From the human T2T-CHM13v2.0 reference genome, Homo sapiens: a DNA stretch of 64,000 nt. The stretch lies in assembly GCF_009914755.1 (NCBI RefSeq), contig NC_060936.1; one strand, 5' to 3'. Below the pieces are notes generated by a model, which saw only the letters and a list, made by a program, of their open reading frames with translations, was not told the DNA's origin and did no database searches. Of this stretch, positions 26,996-43,432 are shown piece after piece (positions within the stretch are counted from its first letter, which is position 1; every line of letters begins with the position of its first letter). Made by a program: the position numbers and the translations under genes.

Positions 26996-27343
26996 TGATA
27001 TGGTTTGGCTGTGTCCCCACCCAAATCTCACCTTGAATTGTAATAATCCCCACCTGTCAAGGACAGAGCCACGTGGAGATTGAATCATGGGGGCAGTTTA
27101 CCCCATTCTGTTCTTGTGGTAGTGAATACATCTCATGAAATCTGATGGCTTTATAAATGGGAGTTCCCCTGCACAAGCTCTCTCTTAGCTGCTGCCATGT
27201 AAGATGTGACCTTGCTCCTCATTCACTTTCCTTCATGATTGTGAGGCAGCCTTGTGGGACTGTGAGTCCGTTAAACCTCTTTGCTTTACAAATTACCCAG
27301 TCTTGAGTATGTCTTTATTAGCAGTGTGGAACAGATTAATACA
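26996..27343 (+). mobile_element. THE1C solo LTR
   Basis: tgatatggtttggctgtgtccccacccaaatctcaccttgaattgtaataatcccc...taataca; TSD ggcac/ggcat. Confidence 0.9.
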
Positions 27344-27768
27344 GGCATCTGTTAAAGCAGACTAAATATGGCCTGAGAAGGACTCTGTATTTCTATATTT
27401 GAGTCCTTGTAGATGAACTGTAACCTAGCTTAATAGCCAGACAAAATTGAAAACCTAACTTAATAGTATGCACCGTAACAATAGTTGAGTGTTGGCCATT
27501 CCAGTGGTCATACTTCAACCACTCATAGACTGCTGAGTGTTCAAACAAGGCAAACGCAGAGCTGTGACCAACCTCACTGTTTCTGTACTTCACTTTTGAT
27601 TCCCATACATCACTTTAACTTTTTGTCTATAAATTTGTTCTGACCACAAGGCACCCCTGGAGTCTCTGTGTATCTGCTGTGATTCTGGGGATGCCCAATT
27701 CGTGAATCGTTCATTGCTCAATTAAACTCCTTTAAATTTAACTCAGCTGAAGTTTTTCTTTTATCAGA

Positions 27769-27788
27769 TAATGTCAGAAGCAGGATCC
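27769..27788 (+). promoter_or_regulatory. Degenerate retroviral primer-binding site (tRNA-Leu-like)
   Basis: taatgtcagaagcaggatcc just after the 5' LTR resembles TGGTGTCAGAAGTGGGATTC, the complement of a tRNA-Leu 3' end. Confidence 0.55.
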
Positions 27789-29145
27789 AAAGTGGAGCTT
27801 CTAGTGACCCCCAGGAGTGCTGAGTAAACACGCAAGGTACCTGCAGGACCCACTTGTGTCCATTGATCTCTCAGAGCAGCTGGGCATCGTGGGTAAGTTC
27901 CCTCTTGGATTTTGGAGCTCCACGGATTTGTGTTTTGAGCTCTCTGAGTTTCTTTGGGCAAATTTCTGATCCAAACTGGGTTTGGAGTTGTGACAGAAAC
28001 TGGACTGGGTCCAGGAACAGATTTGATCCGGGAATTAACTGGCTTGGATCCAGTTAGAGGCCTCTTACATCTGACTGGGTCAGAAAGGAACTGGTAGTAA
28101 GCAGTAATATTTCAGGGGTTATAGAGTTTGGCTTTTGAAAATTCACAAGGATTTTTGTGCTCTACCCTTTTGTTCATTTTTCTTGCCTGCATCGGTAGGA
28201 AAAAAAATCATTGGATAAGTTAATCAAGAGAGCCTGAGAGTAAAGCCAATATTTTAGGTAAAAATGGAATCCTTAATTTCTGGAAAACTGAGTTCCTTCT
28301 GGCTTATACTTTAGGCCTGGGAGGCAGTGAAGTCTTACAGAAATGGCAAAATCTTACTAAAGGTAACTTACAGTGGAACGTTCCGAATGAACAACAATGC
28401 ACTGAAGTACATTTACAAATGAGGGCTCTTGGTAAAGTCCCTTTTGGCTAAGAACAGGGTTGGCACTACGGGATGTCAACTGCTGTTTTCTTTGGAATAA
28501 TCTGCCTTGCACTCTTTGCTGACAACTATGGGTGACAGAATTAGGATCGTGGGACACGGAGAGCTTTTTCCTCCCCCAAAAGGGAAAACTTGAAAGCTGA
28601 TGGGACTGCTGGAAAAAAAATCCTTTTACAACAGCAGCTGCAGCCGCCTGAACTTCTCAGTATCACTGCAATGGGTTGGTTTTTCTCTGGTCTTCCTGAG
28701 CATTTTGCCTTCCCCACCCTGCCATAGGCAAACCTTTTCTCTCTCTCCTTTCTGTTTTTCATCTTTTCTGTTACTCAGGGCAACCATCATGCCCAGAGAC
28801 CATGTGTTGAAACTCCTAGTCAGAGGTTGGATTAAAGATGATGGGGCCCAGCTGAGGGCAAATTTAAGCCTTGTCAGTTTGATATTGGGTGCTAAGCAGA
28901 GTGGCTAATGTCTGTTTATCACATGTGTTTTACTCTGGCCAGAATGAAAAAAGATAATTTTCCTTTATGATGCAGCTTGTCCCCCAATGGGATGGTGTGG
29001 CAAGCTGGGTTACCGGGGCCACTTAGGGAAAGGAAACACAGAAACCTGGCATGCAGGCCAAAGGGTAAGAATTTCTTACCAGTCAGATTTCTGGCTTCTC
29101 CCTCTCTGTGCAGACAGTTGATTAAATGGTAAAAATTGCTGTTTA

Positions 29146-29457
<312 letters not shown>

Positions 29458-31109
29458 AAAAGTCACTGTTTATCTCTTCTGTAAAGTTTTGATTAATGCA
29501 AAAAAGAATTCCGAGGCTAGTCTTAAACTGATATATTTGTGCTATGAATTTGTTTTTCTGTGTCAAGGGGTGCCTTAAGATAAAACATGGGCTTAGGACC
29601 CCATAAGCTCGCTGCTCAAGATGGCCCAGCAGGCTGGTCAATAACAAACTTTCCTGCAGGTCCCTGAAACAAACAAATGAAAAACTGGATGGGGTCTCCA
29701 TCTTGTTTCATGTCCTTGGGAGCTTGACCTTGTAACCACGTGGCAGTACTTTCTCTTGGTCTCCACCTTCCAGGGAACACGAATTTTAGGTTTTATGTCA
29801 TAGTTAGCTCTAAAAATTATCTTAAGTAGTTAAAAGCCTCTACAAGCTCAAAATTAACTACTCTAGACTCCTTCTGGGAAGAACAGTGGAACTTTCCCTG
29901 TGGTATAGCTTGGTACATAAGGTTTTGGCCTTTCACACTAGAAGTCCAGGTTCAATTCCCTGCTTAGAAAGCAAGCCTTTTCTGGTTTAATATCTACATA
30001 ACCTTGTCTAGTCTCTTCTCCACCATGGACTATCCTAAGTTTTCCTTTCGCTGAGCACCTGGGAGGTTACCTTTGGTAAAGTTCAAAACCAGAAATATTG
30101 GCCAAACTGGGTAATAAGAAATTTTAAAAGGATATTATTAAAGGGTGCTATGGTTAAAAGTCAGCTTAATTAAAAGCAGATATTCAAGCTCTAAGAGCCT
30201 GGATTCCTTGGGAAAAACAGGAGGCACCAGAAACCCATTTCCTGGCCCTGTTCTTCCTAGGGCTCCACCCTAAAGCCAATAACCAATTAAGAAACTTAAA
30301 AACTGGCAAATGAAAAATCTTATAACTACTGTAGTAATCTTCTTATGTCTGTCTATTTGTGTAATTATATATGTGTTGTGTGTAATGTTTATATAAAAGA
30401 GCTCCAATTAATTGGCTTAAACAAAAACAAGTGCTTAAATAAAATATTTTGAAAGCAAAATAAAAACTGTAAGGCCTTTTAGTTCATGTAACTTTAGTAA
30501 TTACTGGGAAATAAAAACAGCTTTAAAGATTATTGATAAAATAAACACATTTTGTCTAAATTATGCCGGTCAGATATTAGGTTTGCTAAATGCTTTAAGG
30601 TCATAAACTGCTTTGACTTTTGAAAATTGTTCAATTTATTTTGAAGACATTAAATTCTAAATAAGGCCTGGGGATATATGGAATTATCCATGTCCCCTAG
30701 CTATGCAAAGAAGGTTATAAAGAGATTTTACATAAGAAAGGATGTTTTTTGGTAAATTATTGTCCTAAAGTAAAATGACTGGTTGTTTAAAAAGAGGGAT
30801 GTTTAGGGCAGGTCAGAAAGTCTAAACATGTCATACATGGTATGTGTAAGTCGTGACAATTTATGAAAAGAAATTAATGCCAGAAATGCTTTACAATTTA
30901 TTTTTTTATTATTATTATTTTTTATTATACTTTAAGTTTTAGGGTACATGTGCACATTGTGCAGGTTAGTTACATATGTATACATGTGCCATGCTGGTGT
31001 GCTGCACCCACTAACTCATCATCTAGCATTAGGTATATCTCCCAATGCTATCCCTCCCTACTCCCCCGACCCCATAACAGTCCTCAGAGTGTGATATTCC
31101 CCTTCCTGT

Positions 31110-34939
<3,830 letters not shown>

Positions 34940-35002
34940 TATGATGTTAGCTGGTTATTTTGCTCGTTAGTTGATGCAGTTTCTTCCTAGTCTCGATGGT
35001 CT

Positions 35003-36015
35003 TTACATTTTGGCATTATTTTGCAGCGGGTGGTACCAGTTGTTCCTTTCCATGTTTAGTGCTTCCTTCAGGAGCTCTTTTAGGGCAGGCCTGGTGGTGA
35101 CAAAATCTCTCAGCATTTGCTTGTCTGTAAAGTATTTTATTTCTCCTTCGCTTATGAAGCTTATTTTGGCTGGATATGAAATTCTGGGTTGAAAATTCTT
35201 TTCTTTAAGAATGTTGAATATTGGCCCCCACTCTCTTCTGGCTTGTAGGGTTTCTGCCGAGATATCCACTGTTAGTCTGATGGGCTTCCCTTTGAGGGTA
35301 ACCAGACCTTTCTCTCTGGCCGCCCTTAACATTTTTTCCTTCATTTCAACTTTGGTGAATCTGACAATTATGTGTCTTGGAGTTGCTCTTCTTGAGGAGT
35401 ATCTTTGTGGCGTTCTCTGTATTTCCTGAATCTGAACGTTGGCCTGCCTTGCTAGATTGGGGAAGTTCTCTTGGATAATATCCTGCAGAGTGTTTTCCAA
35501 CTTGGTTCCATTCTCCCCATCACTTTCAGGTACACCAATCAGACGTAGATTTGGTCTTTTCACATAGTCCCATATTTCTTGGAGGCTTTGCTCTTTTCTT
35601 TTCTTTTTTCTCTAAACTTCCCTTATTGCTTCATTTCATTCATTTCATCTTCCATTACTGATACCCTTTCTTCCAGTTGATTGCATCAGCTCCTGAGGCT
35701 TCTGCATTCTTCACGTAGTTCTCGAGCCTTGGTTTTCAGCTCCATCAGCTCCTTTAAGCACTTCTCTGTATTGGTTATTCTAGTTATACATTCTTCTAAA
35801 TTTTTTTCAAAGTTTTCAACTTCTTTGCCTTTGGTTTGAATGTCCTCCCGTAGCTCAGAGTAATTTGATCGTCTGAAGACTTCTTCTCTCAGCTCGTCAA
35901 AGTCATTCTCCATCCAGCTTTGTTCTGTTGCTGGTGAGGAACTGCGTTTCTTTGGAGGAGGAGAGGCGCTCTGCTTTTTAGAGTTTCCAGTTTTTCTTTT
36001 CTGTTTTTTCCCCAT
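35003..36015 (-). pseudogene. L1 ORF1 with a premature stop
   Basis: MGKKQKRKTGNSK... stops after LRS at 35686; C-terminal part in ORF 35003-35563. Confidence 0.95.
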
Positions 36016-36904
36016 CTTTGTGGTTTTATCTACTTTTGGTCTTTGATGATGGTGATGTACAGATGGATTTTTGGTGTGGATGTCCTTTCTGTTTGTTAGT
36101 TTTCCTTCTAACAGACAGGACCCTCAGCTGCAGGTCTGTTGGAATACCCTGCCCTGTGAGGTGTCAGTGTGCCCCTGCTGGGGGGTGCCTCCCAGTTAGG
36201 CTGCTTGGGGGTCAGGGGTCAGGGACCCACTTGAGGAGGCAGTCTGCCCGTTCTCAGATCTCCAGCTGCGTGCTGGGAGAACCACTGCTCTCTTCAAAGC
36301 TGTCAGACAGGGACATTTAAGTCTGCAGAGGTTACTGCTGTCTTTTTGTTTGTCTGTGCCCTGCCCCCAGAGGTGGAGCCTACAGAGGCAGGCAGGCCTC
36401 CTTGAGCTGTGGTGGGCTCCACCCAGTTGGAGCTTCCTAAGCAAGCCTGGGCAATGGCGGGCGCCCCTCCCCCAGCCTCGCTGCCGCCTTGCAGTTTGAT
36501 CTCAGACTGCTGTGCTATCAATCAGTGAGACTCCGTGGGCGTAGGACCCTCCAAGCCAGGTGCCGGATATAATCTCGTGGTGCGCCGTTTTTTAAGCCCG
36601 TCGGAAAAGCGCAGTATTCGGGTGGGAGTGGCCCGATTTTCCAGGTGCGTCCATCACCCCTTTCTTTGACTCGGAAAGGGAACTCCCTGACCCCTTGCGC
36701 TTCCCAAGTGAGGCAATGCGTCACCCTGCTTCGGCTCGCGCACGGTGCGTGCACCCACTGACCTGCGACCACTGTCTGGCACTCCCTAGTGAGATGAACC
36801 CTGTACCTCAGATGGAAATGCAGAAATCACCCGTCTTCTGCGTCGCTCATGCTGGGAGCTGTAGACTGGAGCTGTTCCTATTCGGCCATCTTGGCTCTTC
36901 CCCC
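36016..36904. promoter_or_regulatory. L1 5'UTR: CpG-rich sense promoter (minus strand) and antisense promoter (plus strand)
   Basis: YY1-type site ggccatcttgg at ~36885; high CpG density; ORF0 ATG at 36454 and splice donors at ~36560 and ~36645. Confidence 0.8.
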
Positions 36905-38079
36905 GTTTTACAATTTAAAGGTGATTAGGCTTCCTAAATGCTTCATAAAATGCCACTATGACTCTTAACTGTACAGCTTGCCTACTCTACAGCTGGGTAA
37001 GGCCTGGGACACATGGAGTTAGACACTGGAAAGGCTCAGATCTTATCTGCATTTCTGTTTGGGTCGTAGGCTCCACACCTAGTACATAATTAAAATCCCT
37101 TACCAAGGTTTTCACCAAAAGTAAAAGATGCTAAGAGTTAACATTTTAATATGTAATTGAGACTACTGAAAAAATAAGTTTACATACAAGGTTTGTAAAG
37201 GGAATAAAATGTGTTTTTGTGAGAGATTATAAGAAAGTATGGGAATGTAAATTTTTGTCTAGGTTAGAGGGTTAAAGATTTATTTTGAATTAAAAAGCTA
37301 AAGGTTAGAACAAGTTGTGAATGGTTTATAAAAATTAATTACAAGAGATTCTATGTGTGAATGTATTGGCTAAAGTTAAAATGGCATTATTCATTTTTTT
37401 TCTATAAATTGGACATTGGAATAGAAGAACAACAGAGTTTTCTTAGAACATTGTTCTGCTCTGAGAAAAAAAGTTGTAAAGGGTTATAAAAGGTTTATGA
37501 AAATCTTACCTTATGGTCAAACTAATTAAAACAATAGATTTATAAAATGTCATTAAAAACTAGCTTTAACATAAAAAATACACTAATGGGAACATAAAAT
37601 TTGTTTTTCTCTTTTAAAAAGGATTTTTATGTAATATTAAAAGATAAAAGGTTTTAGTTTACCTTTTAAGTAAGCTACAAAAGGGAAAAGTGGAGGGAAG
37701 GAAAGAAAGGAGACAGAGTCAATTGTCCTAATGCTATCTTCATTGGGTCTTGCTTGGAAAGCTGAGTCTCCTCTTTATCAGAATGTTTTGTCCTTTTAAA
37801 AATTTTTGAGTTATCATTTTGGCTAAATGAATGACTTATGGTAACCTAAGATTCTATTTGGTAATATCCAATGTTTTAAACATTTGGTATTTAACAAACC
37901 TTTCAAAATCAAGCTCTAGATTATCATGCTAAATCAGCCAATACTAAAATTGTTTAAATATACAATTTAAATGAACTCCCTGGTCTAAGTCAAATTACCT
38001 ATGATAACCCATTAGTTATCAGTGCTATGCATCTAAATTGGAGAAACAACTGGTATTCAAGAGGACATGAGTCTGATGT

Positions 38080-39092
38080 TAAGCATGGACTCATGAAGAA
38101 CCAGGACAGCCTCCTAGTCCTTCCCGAGTCCTTAAAGCTCTTGTTACTAAAGGTTCTGCATTCCATGACTCATCACGGAAAAGATAAAATAATCCAAATA
38201 GAATATACTGATGTGGTGACTTATAGATAGTGGAAATATTTTAAAACCAATGTTTGGTTTCATATTCCTGGGAAGGCAATCAAAGCTTCAGGTACATTTG
38301 GCTACCTAATGTGTCATTTAAACATTTATAAAGAGATTTCATTCAATTGTCATTTTCACTGCATGTTTTCTGGTTGTATAAAAGCTTTCCCATGCAAGAG
38401 GGCTGATGTAACAGTAGATTATTGTGCTACCATGTATTTTCACCAGGTAAAGACCTTCACAATCGGGAACCCGTAGATTGGATCTTCTGAAAACATCAGA
38501 GAAAGACTATCTTTGCCATCCACACTACAGTAAAACTTTGGAGCCTTGAACCTTGGATTTATAATCTCACAACTGAGAAGGGTCCCTCCATACTCCTGGA
38601 ACTGTACACCCATTGGAACTCTTAAGGTAAAACTAACCAGGAAAGTTTCTCCCCAGAAAAAGATGGCATCCTTGATGTGAACAGCTTTTCCCAAGATCAC
38701 AGGTCAAAACTTCTACTATCATGAGACTCTTACCTTTGAATATTTTTACCTTGTTTATGCCTCTATGAGCAACAGAAATGAAAAGTGGGTCTATAATGTG
38801 CACTTATAGGGTATAATTTTATTTGTGAAGGATTTTGCGGGAAGCCAGCCTTATACATAAATAAACTTATACTTTAATAGATAAAAGATGAAGGCCCAAG
38901 GTGGGTGAGAAACTTTAGTGGTACATATGTTGACTCATAATCAGTCAAAACTCCTCTTAACCCACATCATGGATTAAAGAGAACATTGCCAGGAGGCCTT
39001 CACTCTTCTAGAAGGACATAATTTGTTAGGTCCTTTTTCCATGGTTTAGAATACAAGAGGCAATAATTAGAAATGTCTCCCTCTTAATAGGC
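38080..39092 (+). pseudogene. ERV integrase and env remnants of the MER57 internal region
   Basis: LLKVLHSMTHHGKDK (IN zinc-finger-like); HTTVKLWSLEPWI (IN C-terminus-like); LKR/TLPGG...FVRSFF (SU/TM junction-like). Confidence 0.6.
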
Positions 39093-40404
39093 ATGGGTTC
39101 AAATAAGGCAAACGTGGAGCTGTAGCCAATCTCGCTGTTTGTGTACCTCACTTCTGATTCCTGTGTGTCACTTTAACATTTTTGTCTATACATTTTTTCT
39201 GACCAGGAGACACCCCTGGAGTCTGTGAATCTGCTGTGATTCTGGGGGCTGCCCGAATCATGAATCATTCATTGCTCAATTAAACTCCTTTAAGTTTAAT
39301 TTGGCTGAAGTTTTTCTTTTATCACACCCTTGCCCCATGAGCCAGGGAAAGGGCAACTGAGGCCGCAGTATTTTCAGTGGCACCAAGGTACACCCTGTAT
39401 TCCACGAGTAGGGTCTGGAGAGAAGGGAGTCCCCGCCTCTCAACCAGATTTCAGAAACTATAGTAGATCTTCTATCCTCAAGGAAATGCATCTTATTTCT
39501 GGTATCAGAATCAAGGAGAAGCAGGCAAGACTGTTCTATAAGATGAGTTAGCATCCTGGAGGGTTTTTAGACTCAGGAATGGGGATCTCTAGGGAACCGA
39601 TAGTAAAGGTTCCTACTAATCTGGGCAAATAGAGCTTAGTGTTGCATTACAGCTGTTTTCTAAGATGGTCAATATTGTTCTACTCTCTTCCTCCATTCAG
39701 TACCTTTTTTAAAACAATTACTCAGAGGTCATTGCTTATATCCCAAACTACTTATTAGGACAATATCAGTTATAAAAGGTTGCTGGATTCTCTTTGATTT
39801 GTGCCAGCTTCCCATCACTTGCTGCTAGGAACCTCATATCATAAGCTGGGAGACTGGTTGATATGCATAGCTCCTTACCTATTTTATAGTGTTTTCCAGT
39901 CTTTTATTTCATGTGAATTCTGATTGCCTAACAAGAAATTTTCTTATCCTACTAAATTTCTCACTAAGAGGAAATGTCAAGCCTCTAAAGCTCTTCCCAG
40001 CTATCTGTACTCACAGTTAAATTGAACTGCAGAGACTGGTATGAGTAGCTGATTGAGGAGGTAATGAAATATCCCAGGCTGCTTTTGGCAGCAACTCTGA
40101 ATCAACCAAGGCCAGCCAAGGCAAACTTTAAACGCAAAAACCCGGACTAAATGGATGAATTTATTCTAATGTATTTTTGTCCACATGCCTCTGCAAATTG
40201 TTTACAGGTTTTCTGCCTTTTGACTAGTAGAATTTTTTATTGCATTCAGATAGATCATTGATGAACACTGCTAGTTTCCTGGGCTATTGAAAATTTGCCT
40301 TTCTTATTGGGTTTTCATGAATGTTTCTCTGGTAGAGAAAGGAGGTTAAAAAAATGAGAGATTGCTAACTTTCTACCATCATAAAGTCTGGATTTGGATA
40401 CTGT

Positions 40405-40757
40405 TTTATGGCAAAGACAGTAATGTTCCCCCAAATTTCCTAGAATTCTTGCAGTTGGGTTGAGTCATGTGGTTAGTTGTGGTCAATGGGCTCGAAATGA
40501 CATATATTGCCTCTGATATGAATCTTAGAAGAGTCCACACAAACGTCTCCATCTATCTTTTACTTTTCTCTATTGACCAAGAAGGCCATATGGTAGAGCC
40601 TTCATCATCCTGAATAATTGGGGAAGAGATCTTTTTGACCCGACAATTGATAAGAGCCCTGGCAAGTAGTGTGAGCCGCAGTAAACTATTTTTGGTACAA
40701 GCCAGTGAGGTTTTTAGGGGTGGTTTGTTATTGCAGTTGCCTATCCTGACTAATGTA
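40405..40757 (+). mobile_element. Old MLT1 (I/J-type) MaLR LTR
   Basis: cttgcagttgggttgagtcatgtggttag...aagccagtgaggtttttaggggtggtttgttattgcag...cctgactaat. Confidence 0.65.
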
Positions 40758-41344
40758 TTTTTCTACATACCTAAACCATCAGGTTTCATCAAAACATTGG
40801 TGGAAAATAAGAATATTTCTAGATGATTTGTTGGCTTTTCATTCAAGTTGAATATGTACCTATCTATTGGTTGAAAAAATTAATAGGGATTGTAGACATG
40901 TTATTCTTAGTAGGACAGGACAGGATAATGGTTTTTGAACATTCTCCCTGCTGTATATTAGCTTTGCTTTTAAATAAATACAGTAGTGAGGTGTGTTTAT
41001 CAGTGTTTATTCTCCCACTATTGGATAACAGGGGCTCCTTGATCTAAAATGATAGGTAAGTGATCCCCTCTACTGTCCTAAGGTCATTACTTATTGACAC
41101 CTCCCTATTATGCCTAGTCAATGTGTGATAAAAGATTGCATGGAAATGACAGGCATGAACCAGGATCTTTTCTCCTCTGTCCTCCTTTTCATTTGCCTTT
41201 TGATGTTTCTGCTGCTATTTGGCACCTCCACTAGAAGATTAGAAGGGGAAAAGAGAGGAAATTAAGCTCTTTTCCTGCAGACTAGCAGTTCTGATTTTTA
41301 AAGGGTACCTCGGGGTATTGTTTCATCTACTTATGAGTTTCAGG

Positions 41345-41530
41345 AGTGTGTGTTTGTGTGCGTGGTGGTGGGGGAGAAGAGAAAGAGAGAAAGACACAGA
41401 GAGAGAGACAGATATAATTAAACATGGAGTTTGAGTTTCCATGTTATCTGATTCTAGGAATTTAGTGTTGCCTCCATATTTATCAAGAATTATAGTCCTT
41501 TACCGTAATTTACTATAATGTATTATGTTT

Positions 41531-41586
<56 letters not shown>

Positions 41587-41722
41587 AGAGAAGAGAGAAA
41601 CAGAGAGCGAGACAGAGATGGAGAGAGAGAGAGAGAATTAAACGGATTTTCAGAGTTTCCACATTATCTGATTCTAGGAATTTAGTGTTGCTTCTATATT
41701 TACCAAGAATTATAGTCCTTTA
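41345..41722. repeat. Imperfect tandem duplication with compound (TG)n(AG)n microsatellites
   Basis: 41416-41502 closely matches 41636-41722; each copy is preceded by a TG/AG tract. Confidence 0.9.
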
Positions 41723-42239
41723 ATTATTATGGAGGATAACTAAAAATATCCTGCATAATAATTAAAAGTTCCTTATTTTCAAGTGGCATAATGACTTTCT
41801 GTGCTAAGATCACTTGAAAATGTTAATTAAAGAAATCTATTTGCTCAAAAAAACTAAATGTGCATACTTTACACCTGTGGTAAATAATATAAAATTATAA
41901 TTTGCCTTTGAGCTTAATCAAAATCAGCTTTAAATTTATTAGGCACCTGACTTTTTTATTTTTAATTAAAGACCATTTTGTTCAGTATGTAGTTTAAATC
42001 ATGGAAGCGTAGTTACTTCTCAAGCAATTCCTTTAAGACTTGGGGCTTCTGTGTTTGAAGGGATCCAGGGGTTACAGTGTGGGCAGTACCCCTATACCAA
42101 TTTAAGGTTTTTCTTACTCAGTAAGATGTTTTCTAAGATGAAAGAGATGGGTATATTCTATGTAACAGAGATAAATGTAAAATTTTATTCACCCTATGGG
42201 AAAAATTTGGATAGATTCCTCTTGGCAGTGAAAGGTATA

Positions 42240-42600
42240 AAATGAACTTAAAGGATGACTCTCCATAACATAATATTGAGTGAAACAAGAATAAACACAT
42301 TATGACTCCATTTATAAAATATTTTTAAGGTAAAATTAAGCAATTTATTGTTTAAGGACACATGTTTGGTAAAACCATAATGAAAAACACATGGAAATGA
42401 ACACAAAATACCATCTAATGCTTACTTTGGGGAACGGGAAGAGAGCCTCAAACAGAGAGATGTATGTGGAGGTTTCTACCACTTTAGTGTTATATTTCTA
42501 AAGTTGAGTTGTGAATACACAGATGTTGATTTCTATTCTAGTTCTTCACACTGTACATATGTTTTCTGTACTCTTTTGGAACTATACTGTATTTTATGTA
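42240..42600 (+). mobile_element. L1ME-type 3' end fragment
   Basis: aacataatattgagtgaaa...tatgactccatttata...tatatttctaaagttgagttgtgaatacacag. Confidence 0.6.
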
Positions 42601-42619
42601 TAGTTCAATAAGTGATAGT

Positions 42620-43130
42620 TCAATATGAATTGTTGATGTGATATGACTCACTCAAAAGAGTTAGTGTCTCTTGTACATAATATTGTTAAGAAACTTGGAG
42701 TTAAGGAAATTGAAGGTATTGTCATATCCAGCCTTGATCAGACCATGCTTTAGTACTTTGTTCAGTTATATGCAGCCCACTTTAAGAGTGATGCAGACAA
42801 ACTAGATTATGTTTAGGGGACAGTGATGAGGCTCGTAATGATTCTTGAAACTATATATGATATATGATTCTTCATATATTTGAAGGGAAGACATGAGAAT
42901 GAGAGCTTAGATTTATACTACATACTCAAAAGAATAGAATCAAAATTAATAGATGATGCAACAAGAAAATATTTTATTGTAACAAAAATAGATTTTATCA
43001 TAACAGAATCAAGAACTTACTAATAACTACATTTGTTCAATGAGTCGTCTTGATACATAGTGAGTTTCTTACTGGTGGAGATGTTCTAGCACAGGTTGAA
43101 TGATCTCTTGGTGGGTTATTATCAGGAGAT
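42620..43130 (+). mobile_element. L3/CR1 LINE fragment
   Basis: gccttgatcagacca...tactttgttcagtt...cactttaagagtgatgcagacaaactag resembles the CR1/L3 ORF2 3' region. Confidence 0.65.
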
Positions 43131-43225
43131 ATGCCTAAAAGTCATTCTGGGTCCCGAAATTCTTCGAAGATTTCCAGAAATCTCTAGTCAACCTGAAATT
43201 TCTATTCAAGATCTCTTAGTTAAGT

Positions 43226-43432
43226 GGCAGCGGAGTGAGTAAAATCACAGAGTCTAGAACCAGATTCCTGGGTTGAATCCTGGCGTTTTTCAATTACTAC
43301 CTGTATAACCTTGAGAAAATTACTTCTCTGTGTTTCCTTTTTGCAATCCATAAAATGGGTCTATCAGCCTCACAGAGTGGTTGTAAGACTTAGAAGAATG
43401 CCAGATAGTAAGTGCCACTAAATGTTTATTTT
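43226..43432 (+). mobile_element. MIR SINE
   Basis: ccagattcctgggttgaatcctggc...taaccttgagaaaattactt...taaaatggg core. Confidence 0.75.

Noticed and set aside
40040-40215. Unique stretch with a forkhead-like tgtttac motif as a possible enhancer
   Set aside because: Short motifs are expected by chance; no support without conservation or chromatin data
41535-41723. ORF with CV and RE repeats
   Set aside because: Translation of the (TG)n(AG)n microsatellite
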